Origin: a virus
Lineage: Duplodnaviria > Caudoviricetes
Virus record (IMG/VR): IMGVR_UViG_3300012665_000551
Span: 1-53,948 of that record
DNA length: 53,948 nucleotides
Direction: 5' to 3' (one strand)
This document shows, piece by piece, positions 26,666 to 36,167 of the stretch (position 1 is its first letter; the number at the start of each line of letters is the position of its first letter). The notes beneath the pieces are model-generated. The model had not been told where the DNA came from. It saw only the letters and a program-made list of their open reading frames with translations, and ran no database searches. The position numbers and the translations under genes are program-made.

Positions 26666-28482
26666 GCTTAACTACTATTGAGAAAACAAAAAAACCAGTC
26701 TGGATTGCAGGAATTGCAAGAGGACATAACGCAGGTGTGTGCCTATTAAAAGACGGAGAAATTGTCTTTTCTATCGAAGAAGAAAGATTAACTCGACAGA
26801 AGTATGATGGCGGCCCGTTTGCTAGCATGATCAAGATTTTAGAGTATACTGATAAACTTGATTTTTTAGTTATTGCACATACACAACCATTACACGAAAC
26901 TGCCGGAAAAATTGACTATTCCGGCGACGACGTCTATACAGGACTTGCTAGAAAAATTGGACTAATTGATCGTAAAGCAAATTCACGTAACCATCCTCAA
27001 GTTATTGATCTAGCACATATCCATCACAAGTTACATGCCGCTTGTGCTTTTTACCGCAGCGGCTGGGAAGATGCAGTGGCTCTTATTGTTGACGGAGCAG
27101 GCACGTTCTTTCCGTTTAGTATTCATAACCAGCAACAGATGTTTTGGGAAGTTGAATCGATAATCGACTGCAATTATCCTGCTGAGTTTAAAACTTTATA
27201 CAAGCACTACGGAACAAGAGAAGGTACAGCAGCAGCTTATATTCCGGATTTTTCTTCGCAATCATTAGGCGAAGAAGGCAGTACACATGAAGCACTGATC
27301 AGTGATCGTGCAGGTATTGTAAAAGTGTACGAGGGCATAACAGAATACTGCGGTTTCTCTGGAATTGAAGCAGGCAAGACTATGGGATTATTTCCATACG
27401 GAAAACCAAATGACGGCATTCCGCCTTTATTTGATACCAGTGGCGCTCACACAATTTCTAATAGAAATTTAATTATTCCTAGATATCCACAAGGATCTAC
27501 AGTAAATCAATTTTTATTCCCAGCACTAGAAGAAAACCCACAAGATCCAACTGAAGATATCACCACTATGCAGAATCGTAGAGATCTTGCATATGCTTGC
27601 CAGACCCAATCACAGGCACAAGTGGCTAATTTAATCCGTGCTGCGGTAGAAAAGAGTGGTAAAAAGAAAGTTGTTATCAGCGGAGGATACGGATTAAACT
27701 GTGTTGCTAATTATCATTACCTTGAAGCTCTTAAAGATGAAGGTATTGAAATTTATGTTGAACCTATCAGTAATGATGCAGGCACTGCAATGGGTGCTGC
27801 TTTGCTATTCTGGCACGACCTTAAAGGTGATACTACTATTAGACCTTACGGTACATTGTATCTTGGACCAGAGCAGAAATATACAGCAGAAGAAGTTGCC
27901 GATAAATTAGAAAACGATGAAACTATCAGCGATGCTACACATAAAGACGTTGTTAAATTACTACGTGAAAAGAATATTGTTACAATTTTCCAAGGTCGTA
28001 GTGAAAATGGGCCACGTGCATTAGGTAACCGCTCTGTGTTATTTGATCCAACATTTGAAGACGGCAAGGATTATGTAAACATGGTTAAACGCCGTGAATA
28101 TTTCCGTCCTTTTGCAGGATCAATTTTAGCCGAAGATGCACAAGCATGGTTTGATCTACGCGGCATGAAAGACAGTCCGCATATGATGTATGCGGTAAAT
28201 TGTCAAGACGGTATTGCTGAAAAGATTCCAAGCATTATTCACGTAGACGGTACGTGTCGTATTCAAACAGTTACTCCTGAACAGAATAAACATTACTATG
28301 ATCTAATTAAAGCATTTAAGGATGAAACAGGTATTCCTATTTTGTTTAATACTAGCTTTAACTTAGGCGGTGAGCCGTTAGTTGAAACTGTCGATGATGC
28401 TATTTGGACTTTACGAAATTCGGATATCGAATATCTGTATCTTCCAGAAATTGGTAAATTATTGCACATTCCAAACGCTTAA
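26662..28482 (+). CDS. Carbamoyltransferase, NodU/CmcH/TobZ family
   Basis: EEERLTRQK, HHKLHAACAF, VDGAG, GKTMGL.PYG, SGGYGLNCVAN, DAGTAMGAA, GRSENGPRALGNRS, KRREYFRPFA, HVDGTCRIQTV, NTSFNLGGEP. Confidence 0.93.
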   Translation: MSLTTIEKTKKPVWIAGIARGHNAGVCLLKDGEIVFSIEEERLTRQKYDGGPFASMIKILEYTDKLDFLVIAHTQPLHETAGKIDYSGDDVYTGLARKIGLIDRKANSRNHPQVIDLAHIHHKLHAACAFYRSGWEDAVALIVDGAGTFFPFSIHNQQQMFWEVESIIDCNYPAEFKTLYKHYGTREGTAAAYIPDFSSQSLGEEGSTHEALISDRAGIVKVYEGITEYCGFSGIEAGKTMGLFPYGKPNDGIPPLFDTSGAHTISNRNLIIPRYPQGSTVNQFLFPALEENPQDPTEDITTMQNRRDLAYACQTQSQAQVANLIRAAVEKSGKKKVVISGGYGLNCVANYHYLEALKDEGIEIYVEPISNDAGTAMGAALLFWHDLKGDTTIRPYGTLYLGPEQKYTAEEVADKLENDETISDATHKDVVKLLREKNIVTIFQGRSENGPRALGNRSVLFDPTFEDGKDYVNMVKRREYFRPFAGSILAEDAQAWFDLRGMKDSPHMMYAVNCQDGIAEKIPSIIHVDGTCRIQTVTPEQNKHYYDLIKAFKDETGIPILFNTSFNLGGEPLVETVDDAIWTLRNSDIEYLYLPEIGKLLHIPNA

Positions 28483-28527
28483 TATTTTCATGTCTCGAAC
28501 CGATAAATATAACATGAGGAACGAGAC

Positions 28528-28968
28528 ATGATAAATTTTAGCAAATATTTCAGCAATGATGTAAAAAATACCCTTAGGGTTCAGAATGGAGTTAACTTTT
28601 CCTATAAGGGTCCATGGGTTCCAATGCTCAGCGAGTCTACTAAACTTGATGAGTGGTATGTTGGCGATTTTATGGCAGCGGAATATACTATAGTAATTGA
28701 TCTTAGCAATACAGCAAAAGAAATGATCAAGGCATTAGTAGTTGCCGGCCCAACATCTGCTACAGTAACCGTATACGGCAGAACAAGCACTACAATACCG
28801 CTGTTAGACGTATTTGCAGCCGTAGATAATTCTAAAGTAACTATCACTGTAAGCCCGTTAGTTAGTATCGACGGATCAACTTCGGATGTATCTTCTGTAG
28901 CACTAGGCGGAAAAGTAATTTACAGCGCCAACTATTATCATACACTTAACGCTCTAACTCCTTTCTAA
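28528..28968 (+). CDS. Hypothetical virion-associated protein
   Basis: 146 aa, GAGGA SD, TAAATA at 28504-28509; loosely similar to the C-terminal domain of the 2576 gene. Confidence 0.65.
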   Translation: MINFSKYFSNDVKNTLRVQNGVNFSYKGPWVPMLSESTKLDEWYVGDFMAAEYTIVIDLSNTAKEMIKALVVAGPTSATVTVYGRTSTTIPLLDVFAAVDNSKVTITVSPLVSIDGSTSDVSSVALGGKVIYSANYYHTLNALTPF

Positions 28969-29022
28969 CTTTTGTGCTAAATACTTTTACGCAGTAGTTG
29001 AAGTAGGAATAATAGCGAGAAT

Positions 29023-29616
29023 ATGACAATACAATACATACCCCTTGAGTCTAAAAGTGGCTTTAAAAGCCCTGGATTCTACGTCGACGAAACCGGAAGA
29101 GTTTTTGTTAACGAACTAATAATCGCACCAGAAAACGGTCTAAGTGTTTTACGAGCAGACGAAGTCTATATACGTGGAGTACAATTATTAGAAGGTGCAG
29201 GTGACGGTTCGTCACTTATTGCTCTAGGCAATAATATACTTGCTAGTTCGCTTACCACATTAGGCACACAAGAATATCTATACGTTGACGGTGATATCAG
29301 TTTCTCCCAAGGAGTAAACGAATATATTAGTGTAGTCAATGGTCTTGTTGCAATAGATAGTATTTCTGCAACAGGCAGAATCGATAATATAACTGTTGGA
29401 TTAACAGATCCAGCAGCATCAAAATTTACAACCACAACAATTACAGGTAGTGCAACAGTTCAAGGCGCCAGCGTATTGACCACTGTAACAGCTACTAGTA
29501 TTTCCGCTTCAGGAAATATTGAAGTAGAGACACTCCCCACTTTGGCAAATCACGTAACAAGAAAAGATTATGTTGATAATAGAATATCAGCATTTGCAAT
29601 TGCTTTCGGAGCATAA
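29023..29616 (+). CDS. Putative fibre connector protein
   Basis: SSLTTLGT, GRIDNITVG...P....FT, HVTRKDYVD; ends FAIAFGA; TAAATA at 28978-28983. Confidence 0.65.
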   Translation: MTIQYIPLESKSGFKSPGFYVDETGRVFVNELIIAPENGLSVLRADEVYIRGVQLLEGAGDGSSLIALGNNILASSLTTLGTQEYLYVDGDISFSQGVNEYISVVNGLVAIDSISATGRIDNITVGLTDPAASKFTTTTITGSATVQGASVLTTVTATSISASGNIEVETLPTLANHVTRKDYVDNRISAFAIAFGA

Positions 29617-29624
29617 GGTAAAAA

Positions 29625-32600
29625 ATGGCAAAAAGAAAAATTAATAATTATGTATTTGAATCAGGTATCAGCAAAGATGCTAACTTGTTTCCTAAAGCGT
29701 ATGCACTTTTTGTTGCAAATAAAGAATTTTTAAAAGCTCAAGTTGTAGCTTTTATCAATTATAATATTGAAAACAATGTCGGAGTATACAACGGATATGC
29801 ATACAGTTCAGACAAATGCTTTCGAGACGTTGGCTATTTTCTAGATGCAATTGCACACGATTTACGCTACGGCGGCAACGTAAAAATTAGACAAGTATCA
29901 GAATATTTCTGGATTGACGGCCAGCCTATGATTCGTGGTGATGTTAGTCCAGAAATTACAGGACAACAATATATACGTGATCTTCTTAACAATTATATTT
30001 TTACAAATACTCCTGTAACTCCAACTTACGATCAAGTAGCTGTTAGTCAAGTTACAATTCCAGGAAACAACGGCGAAAGTGGGGCAGCAGCCGCAAACAC
30101 AGCACTGTGGGCAATCTTAGGCGACGTTATCACTAACGGTACACCTTCTATTCCAGAAAAAGTTACTGGTGTTACTTCGATTAGAATAAGAGAAAAAATT
30201 GACCAGTCAGCATTATTATTGATAACTGATACAAGTAGTGGTACTGTGTTGTATAACTTTGCTGATCCTGCGAACTCAGCAGATATTACATATAAAAAAG
30301 GTTACAGCAGCGGCGACAACCAACCGCTTAGTGATTTAGATTTTCCTAAATGGTGGCACTCGTCTGATACAATTACAATTATTGACCTATCAGCAAATAC
30401 CTCAACGTTATCAGCAGATGCTGACATACAGATTTTTGTCGAAGATCCTTATCAAACTGTTAGACCTTGGGATTTCGGTACAGACGCTATTGAACGTATG
30501 CGTGTATCAACTCCACAGGCCATGCTTGATGCTGACTTTGAATACGGATTACAGCCTACAAAGTGGCAGGCAATTGGTGTACAATTAGGATATCCTTCAA
30601 TCTATGAAATACCAGGAACAGATGCTGGTGTAACTACTATTGTTACTGATGCATCAGCAACTACTAACTATTTTGGTTCCTCTCAAATTACAGTCACTAC
30701 TAGCGGTCCTCATGGATTCACTGTAGGTACAGCTATTACTGTAAAGGGTGTATCACAAGGTGTTCAATCAGCATCGAGAGCAGAAGGCTCGTTTATAATC
30801 AGTGTAGTACCAACTCCGAATTCATTTATATATTATGCAACATCTAAAGTTGGCACAACTCTAAATCAGAGTTTGTATACTCCAAACATACAGATTCGAC
30901 AAGGCGGGTTTTATACTGGATCATCAATTGGAGTACCTACTTTTTCTTTAGTTAGCAATGGTGCAACACTAGGTATTACATCACAGTTTGTTACTCCAAC
31001 GGATTCTAGCAATGTATCGTTTGTTGGAACTTCACCTGGTATAGGTTCTCCAATTTCCGGGTCCCCAAGTATTCAGTCCGGGACCTCAGTAACTGGTGTT
31101 GTTGGATCAGGAGTAATTGTTGCATCTGTTAAAAATACAACAACTGAATTAGATACATTTATTGATGTTGACAGCACTGTGGGAATACAGTCTGGCATGG
31201 CTGTAGCTAACGATCTTGGTCAGGCACGATTTATTTCCAATGTATTAGGAAATCGATTATCGCTTACGGGCGCAATTGGTAGAGTACTTACTGGGTCAGA
31301 AGGCGTCGATGTTGGTGTAACTGGCATTAATGTTGAGTCTATTGGAGTAGGTGCTGTATTTGATGTTAATCGTACCGGGGGAGTATATGCCGTTATTGGA
31401 TCAACAGACAGTACAGTTAACGGACAAAATTATGCAAAGGGCGATGCTATTAGAATTCTTGGCACATCAGTCGGTGGAGCTACGCCCTTAAACGATATAT
31501 TAGTTGTTGTTCAAGATGTCGATAGCGGTGGCGCAATCATCAACTTTACATATAGCGGAACAGCTATATCCGGTGGTGCAACATACACAAATGTATTGCA
31601 AGGATCAACAACTGGTACTGGTACTAACGTTGTAATATCTGTTGTAAGAACAGGAGGCAGCGGAATTTACAATGTCACTATTACAAACGGTGGTGCCGGC
31701 CACGAGCCTGGAGATCAAATTACATTCTCGGGCGGCTTCCTTGGAGGTTCCAGTCCTGCGAATGACATTGTTATACAAGTAAACGGAGTTTCGTTTGGAA
31801 CACAGGCAGCAGTAGACTTTACTGTGTTAAGCGGATTAGGAGTTTCAGGCAATGCAGACTACGTTGGATTAAGTGGATCAACTGAAACACAATCCGGCGC
31901 AGGAGCAGTATTTACAATTACACGTACTGGCGGATCATACTTTTCTGCTAGAACTAACAATGGAACTGGCTATAGAGCAGGAAATAAAATACTTATTGCG
32001 GGTACTGATTTAGGTGGCACAACACCCCTAAACGACTTAGAGTTAGAAATTCAAACAGTAAATCCTACAACAGGAGCTATTCAGTCAACGCTTGAATCTG
32101 GCACAATTGCACTTGGCGAATCAATATCGATATATCCGACCTTAACGCTATCTGAGCCAACTACAGGAATTATTACTAGCGGTACAGCATTAACTACTGG
32201 TGCGTTAGCTACTATCGAAGTATCGTTCCCTGCAAATCACGGTCTAGTTCCGGGTTCGTCAATACTCACTAGTATTACATCAACACCCGCACCAACTTTA
32301 AGTGCGGCAACCGTAGCACTGCCAAGCTCATTAACATGGCAAGGAATAGCGGCCAGCGATGGAAGATGGGTAGCGGTGGCGAACGGTAGCAGCTCCACCG
32401 CTAGATCAATTGACGGTAGTGGGTTCGTTGCAGGTGGTACATTACCAGCAAGTGCAAACTGGACTGCTGTCGCTGGCGGAACATATAGCGGTACTAACGT
32501 ATTCGTTGCTGTTAGAAACGGCAGTGATACTGCTGCAAGAAGTACAGACAACGGAGTAAGCTGGGGCAATATAACGTTGCCGTCAGTGACTAATACCGCT

Positions 32601-35501
32601 TGGACCTCAGTAACTTATTATAACAATGTGTTTGTTGCTGTACGTAACGGATCAGCAGGCGCTGCATACTCGCTAGATGGCGGCGCTACCTGGAGTACTG
32701 GTACATTGCCAGGAACAAGTGCTTGGACAGATGTAGTTGGCGGGACTATTGGCTCACTAAGTTACTTTGTAGCCATTGCTTCTGGAGGTACCGCAGCAGC
32801 ATACAGCTTTGATAACGGTGCATCTTGGATTGCATCAACATTACCAACAAGTTCAACTTGGTCAAGTATCGCATATGGTAATAGTCGATTTGTTGCAATT
32901 GCATCAGGTTCGACCGCAGCAGCGGTTAGTACGGATGGTACTACATGGACAGCAGTAGTTATGCCAGCAAATACTACATGGAATTCCATTACATTCGGTG
33001 ACGATGTATTTGTTGCAGTTTCTAGAGCCACAAATATTGTTGCAACATCATTCTTAGGAACAACTAGTTCGTGGACTCAGGGTACTTTGTCAACAACAGC
33101 TGACTGGGAAGAAATTGCATACTGGAGTTACAGCGGCGTAGGACAATTTGCTATAGTGGGTAATGGAACAACTGGCGGGACAATACGTTTAATATCAGCT
33201 AATCATCAACTGGCCAGCGGCCCGTTTGTAATTACAGAAGTTCCTACTCAAACTACATTAAGATTCCCTGCAAGAACAACAGGGACTATTACAGCATCTC
33301 CTGTACCAATCACAGGATTGATTTATTCAAGACCAGAATCTTTCTTTGTACACAGACCATATGACGGCGGCGTACAATTAGGCACAGGCGGGCCACAACA
33401 CGGTGCGCAAGCAATTCGTCAAAGTAAAAAATATATTCGTTACCAATCAGGTAAAGGTATTATGTTTACTACAGGTGCGCTATTTGCACCTAGCTATGAT
33501 TTACAATCTGCAAGTGCAGCAGGCCTAACTACAGGTTCACTAATTACTTTTGTAACAGATGACACTGATCACGGATTGCAGGCTGGCGGTGTAATCGAAA
33601 TTACAGGAATGACTAGCTTTGAATTTAACGGTGTTTACACTGTTGAAAACATTAAAGATTCTAGAACTTTCCGTGTAAGAAGTTTGAATGTACTAACTAC
33701 ATTAACTCCAACTTTAGGACCAGAGGCCAAAGTAGTAGTTAAAAATTGGCATGGTTCAACAGTACGAACAGGTCCGTTTGATGACCAGAACGGATTGTTT
33801 TGGCAATACGACGGTCAGCATCTAGCATTAGTTAAGCGTACAAGCACTTTCCAAGTTTCTGGATCAGTTGCAGTAAACACAGATTCTAATGCAGTGACTG
33901 GAACAAACACTAGATTCCGTGATCAACTCAAAGTAGGAGATCGTGTGGTATTGAAAGGTATGACACACACGATTACCGATATTGCTAGTCAAACTTCTCT
34001 GACATTTAATCCAGACTATAGAGGTAATACTAATCTATCCGGCGCAAAAATGTGTCTAGTAGAAAATTTTGTAATACCGCAGAGCGAATGGAATATGGAT
34101 CGAGGTGACGGTACTGGCCCAAGCGGGTTTAATATTAATCCGTCACGCATGCAGATGATCGGTATACAATATTCATGGTACGCTGCTGGCTTTATTGAAT
34201 TTATGTTGAGAGGCGCCGACGGTAAGTTTGTGTTCGTGCATAGAATTAGAAACAGTAACATTAATACAGAAGCGTATATGCGTACTGCTAACTTGCCTGT
34301 TCGTTACGAAGTTGAAAATATTAGTGCTAGAGGACAGTTATACGAAGCATTATCAAGTGGAGATACCACTATGCGACTAACTGATGCATATTTCTTCCCA
34401 AATGCCGGCACATTGTATGTTGGAAACGAATTAATTAGTTATACTGGTAAAACCGGTAATACACTAACGGGATTGAGCAGAGCAGCAAGTTTTAGAAATT
34501 TTGCGCAAGGATCAACTAGAGTTTATACTGCAGGAAATGCATCGTCGCATGCAGTAAATGAAGGAGTAACATTAATTAGTAACACAATTACTCCTGCAAT
34601 TAGCCATTGGGGTTCTGCATTATTAACTGACGGACAATTCGATGAAGATCGAGGATATTTGTTCAGTTATACTGCTACATCTATTAATATTACAACTACT
34701 AAAACTACTGCGTTCTTGATTAGACTAGGACCTTCAGTATCTAATGCAATTGTAGGAGACCTTGGTGAAAGAGAGTTACTAAACAGAGCTCAACTGTTAT
34801 TAAAACAAATTGCAGTTTCTGCTGATGCGGTAACTGGCGGTGGTGGTATCGTTATTGAAGGAGTATTAAATCCTCAAAACTACCCATCAAATCCAGCAAA
34901 CATTAGCTGGGGCAACTTAAATGGACTTGCATCTGGTGGACAACCTAGCTTTGCACAAATTGCTCCAGGCGGTACAGTTGACTGGGCCAGCGGTGCTAGT
35001 CAGGTTACAAAAACTGCGTCAACTGCAACCGGATTCAACGTTGACCGTAGAAACTTTTTGTATTTTAAACAACAAAGTTGGGAAGCAGCAGGTGCTGTGA
35101 TTGGTACTGAGATTCGAGATTCTGGCAAATTCCCAGCTGGTACTCGTGTATCACAAATCTTTGGACCAGCAAACTACATCGGAAGTAGTGCGGGTAACGA
35201 GTATCTTGTATACTTTACTCAAAACTCAGTTGCAAACATTACAGGTGATTCTAATGTAACGTTTGTATTTGGACAACCACCGTACGCACAGCCAGGCGAG
35301 ACAGTATTTTCGTTTATTACAAATCCAGGGGAAACCAGCACATTGGATCTAAGTGAGTTGAAAGAACTTACTACAACAGCACTGGGCGGAAGAGGAGCGT
35401 TTCCAAATGGCCCAGACGTGTTAGCTATTAACGTGTATAAGGTAGCCGGTACAGCAACTCCGGGTAACATTATTCTACGTTGGGGTGAAGCGCAGGCTTA
35501 A
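29625..35501 (+). CDS. Giant virion structural/fibre protein (1958 aa) with Asp-box repeats
   Basis: RMRVSTPQAMLDADFEYGLQPTKW; G.GY..G..I.I.G..LGG.TP.ND repeats; STDNGVSW, SLDGGATW, SFDNGASW Asp-boxes; YIRYQSGKG. Confidence 0.7.
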   Translation: MAKRKINNYVFESGISKDANLFPKAYALFVANKEFLKAQVVAFINYNIENNVGVYNGYAYSSDKCFRDVGYFLDAIAHDLRYGGNVKIRQVSEYFWIDGQPMIRGDVSPEITGQQYIRDLLNNYIFTNTPVTPTYDQVAVSQVTIPGNNGESGAAAANTALWAILGDVITNGTPSIPEKVTGVTSIRIREKIDQSALLLITDTSSGTVLYNFADPANSADITYKKGYSSGDNQPLSDLDFPKWWHSSDTITIIDLSANTSTLSADADIQIFVEDPYQTVRPWDFGTDAIERMRVSTPQAMLDADFEYGLQPTKWQAIGVQLGYPSIYEIPGTDAGVTTIVTDASATTNYFGSSQITVTTSGPHGFTVGTAITVKGVSQGVQSASRAEGSFIISVVPTPNSFIYYATSKVGTTLNQSLYTPNIQIRQGGFYTGSSIGVPTFSLVSNGATLGITSQFVTPTDSSNVSFVGTSPGIGSPISGSPSIQSGTSVTGVVGSGVIVASVKNTTTELDTFIDVDSTVGIQSGMAVANDLGQARFISNVLGNRLSLTGAIGRVLTGSEGVDVGVTGINVESIGVGAVFDVNRTGGVYAVIGSTDSTVNGQNYAKGDAIRILGTSVGGATPLNDILVVVQDVDSGGAIINFTYSGTAISGGATYTNVLQGSTTGTGTNVVISVVRTGGSGIYNVTITNGGAGHEPGDQITFSGGFLGGSSPANDIVIQVNGVSFGTQAAVDFTVLSGLGVSGNADYVGLSGSTETQSGAGAVFTITRTGGSYFSARTNNGTGYRAGNKILIAGTDLGGTTPLNDLELEIQTVNPTTGAIQSTLESGTIALGESISIYPTLTLSEPTTGIITSGTALTTGALATIEVSFPANHGLVPGSSILTSITSTPAPTLSAATVALPSSLTWQGIAASDGRWVAVANGSSSTARSIDGSGFVAGGTLPASANWTAVAGGTYSGTNVFVAVRNGSDTAARSTDNGVSWGNITLPSVTNTAWTSVTYYNNVFVAVRNGSAGAAYSLDGGATWSTGTLPGTSAWTDVVGGTIGSLSYFVAIASGGTAAAYSFDNGASWIASTLPTSSTWSSIAYGNSRFVAIASGSTAAAVSTDGTTWTAVVMPANTTWNSITFGDDVFVAVSRATNIVATSFLGTTSSWTQGTLSTTADWEEIAYWSYSGVGQFAIVGNGTTGGTIRLISANHQLASGPFVITEVPTQTTLRFPARTTGTITASPVPITGLIYSRPESFFVHRPYDGGVQLGTGGPQHGAQAIRQSKKYIRYQSGKGIMFTTGALFAPSYDLQSASAAGLTTGSLITFVTDDTDHGLQAGGVIEITGMTSFEFNGVYTVENIKDSRTFRVRSLNVLTTLTPTLGPEAKVVVKNWHGSTVRTGPFDDQNGLFWQYDGQHLALVKRTSTFQVSGSVAVNTDSNAVTGTNTRFRDQLKVGDRVVLKGMTHTITDIASQTSLTFNPDYRGNTNLSGAKMCLVENFVIPQSEWNMDRGDGTGPSGFNINPSRMQMIGIQYSWYAAGFIEFMLRGADGKFVFVHRIRNSNINTEAYMRTANLPVRYEVENISARGQLYEALSSGDTTMRLTDAYFFPNAGTLYVGNELISYTGKTGNTLTGLSRAASFRNFAQGSTRVYTAGNASSHAVNEGVTLISNTITPAISHWGSALLTDGQFDEDRGYLFSYTATSINITTTKTTAFLIRLGPSVSNAIVGDLGERELLNRAQLLLKQIAVSADAVTGGGGIVIEGVLNPQNYPSNPANISWGNLNGLASGGQPSFAQIAPGGTVDWASGASQVTKTASTATGFNVDRRNFLYFKQQSWEAAGAVIGTEIRDSGKFPAGTRVSQIFGPANYIGSSAGNEYLVYFTQNSVANITGDSNVTFVFGQPPYAQPGETVFSFITNPGETSTLDLSELKELTTTALGGRGAFPNGPDVLAINVYKVAGTATPGNIILRWGEAQA

Positions 35502-35504
35502 AGA

Positions 35505-35786
35505 CTATCGAGCAAGTTGGCTGCTTTCCCAAGCAGTCAGCTTGTTTAGCAATTCTTTTCTGATATTTGAAATAGTTTCTCTAGTTTCAACAACATCTGT
35601 AGGCATGCGATTGCTTATATACAAAGCTTCGTGATGTCTGTCTAAAAAGTTTATTTCATTTTTTAACGAAGTTAATAGTTCAGTTAACGAATTCTGTAAT
35701 CCTTCATTCGTAACCGCTGCAATTCGTTTTTGAAACCCTGTGTATTCCTGAAGGAATTGGGGGCTATTCTGTATTTTTGGAATCAT
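35505..35786 (-). CDS. Hypothetical helical protein
   Basis: 93 aa ORF, last of the minus-strand block, overlaps the upstream gene end. Confidence 0.6.
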   Translation of the reverse strand: MIPKIQNSPQFLQEYTGFQKRIAAVTNEGLQNSLTELLTSLKNEINFLDRHHEALYISNRMPTDVVETRETISNIRKELLNKLTAWESSQLAR

Positions 35787-36156
35787 TTGTAATCACCAGT
35801 ATAGTTTCTAATTTAGTTCTAGTAATGTCATTATTTAATGTATGTCTAAGACCGGTATGAATCTGTTTGGGCAGCGTATTAAGGCTTGCCCAGCATACAG
35901 TGTTTGATGCTGTAGTGATAAATTCATTGTCTACGAGACATACATATGTGCCATACTCAAACCCACTATCAGCACTAACATACAATTCTATAGGCAGTAT
36001 TCGTCCTCTAGAATATTTAGACATTAACTCTTCCGCACAAGAAATTACTGCTCCGTCTTTAATAAAGGTAGGAACAGTCCATTTTTCTTCTTCTAGGATT
36101 AATAAAATTCGTCCTGTAGATTTTGATAAAAATAGTAATCCTGCACGTTGTTGCAT
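35764..36156 (-). CDS. Degenerate NUDIX-like protein (start reassigned to MQQRAG at 36156)
   Basis: AGLLFLSKSTGRILLI...W resembles a Nudix N-terminus, but no GX5EX7REUXEEXG box is present. Confidence 0.5.
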   Translation of the reverse strand: MQQRAGLLFLSKSTGRILLILEEEKWTVPTFIKDGAVISCAEELMSKYSRGRILPIELYVSADSGFEYGTYVCLVDNEFITTASNTVCWASLNTLPKQIHTGLRHTLNNDITRTKLETILVITNDSKNTE

Positions 36157-36167
36157 ATTACTATATA

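Noticed and set aside
698-35470. Many 60-140 aa minus-strand ORFs inside the large plus-strand genes
   Set aside because: They are antisense shadows of codon-biased Gly/Thr/Ser-rich genes, with no RBS or promoter and no recognisable motifs.
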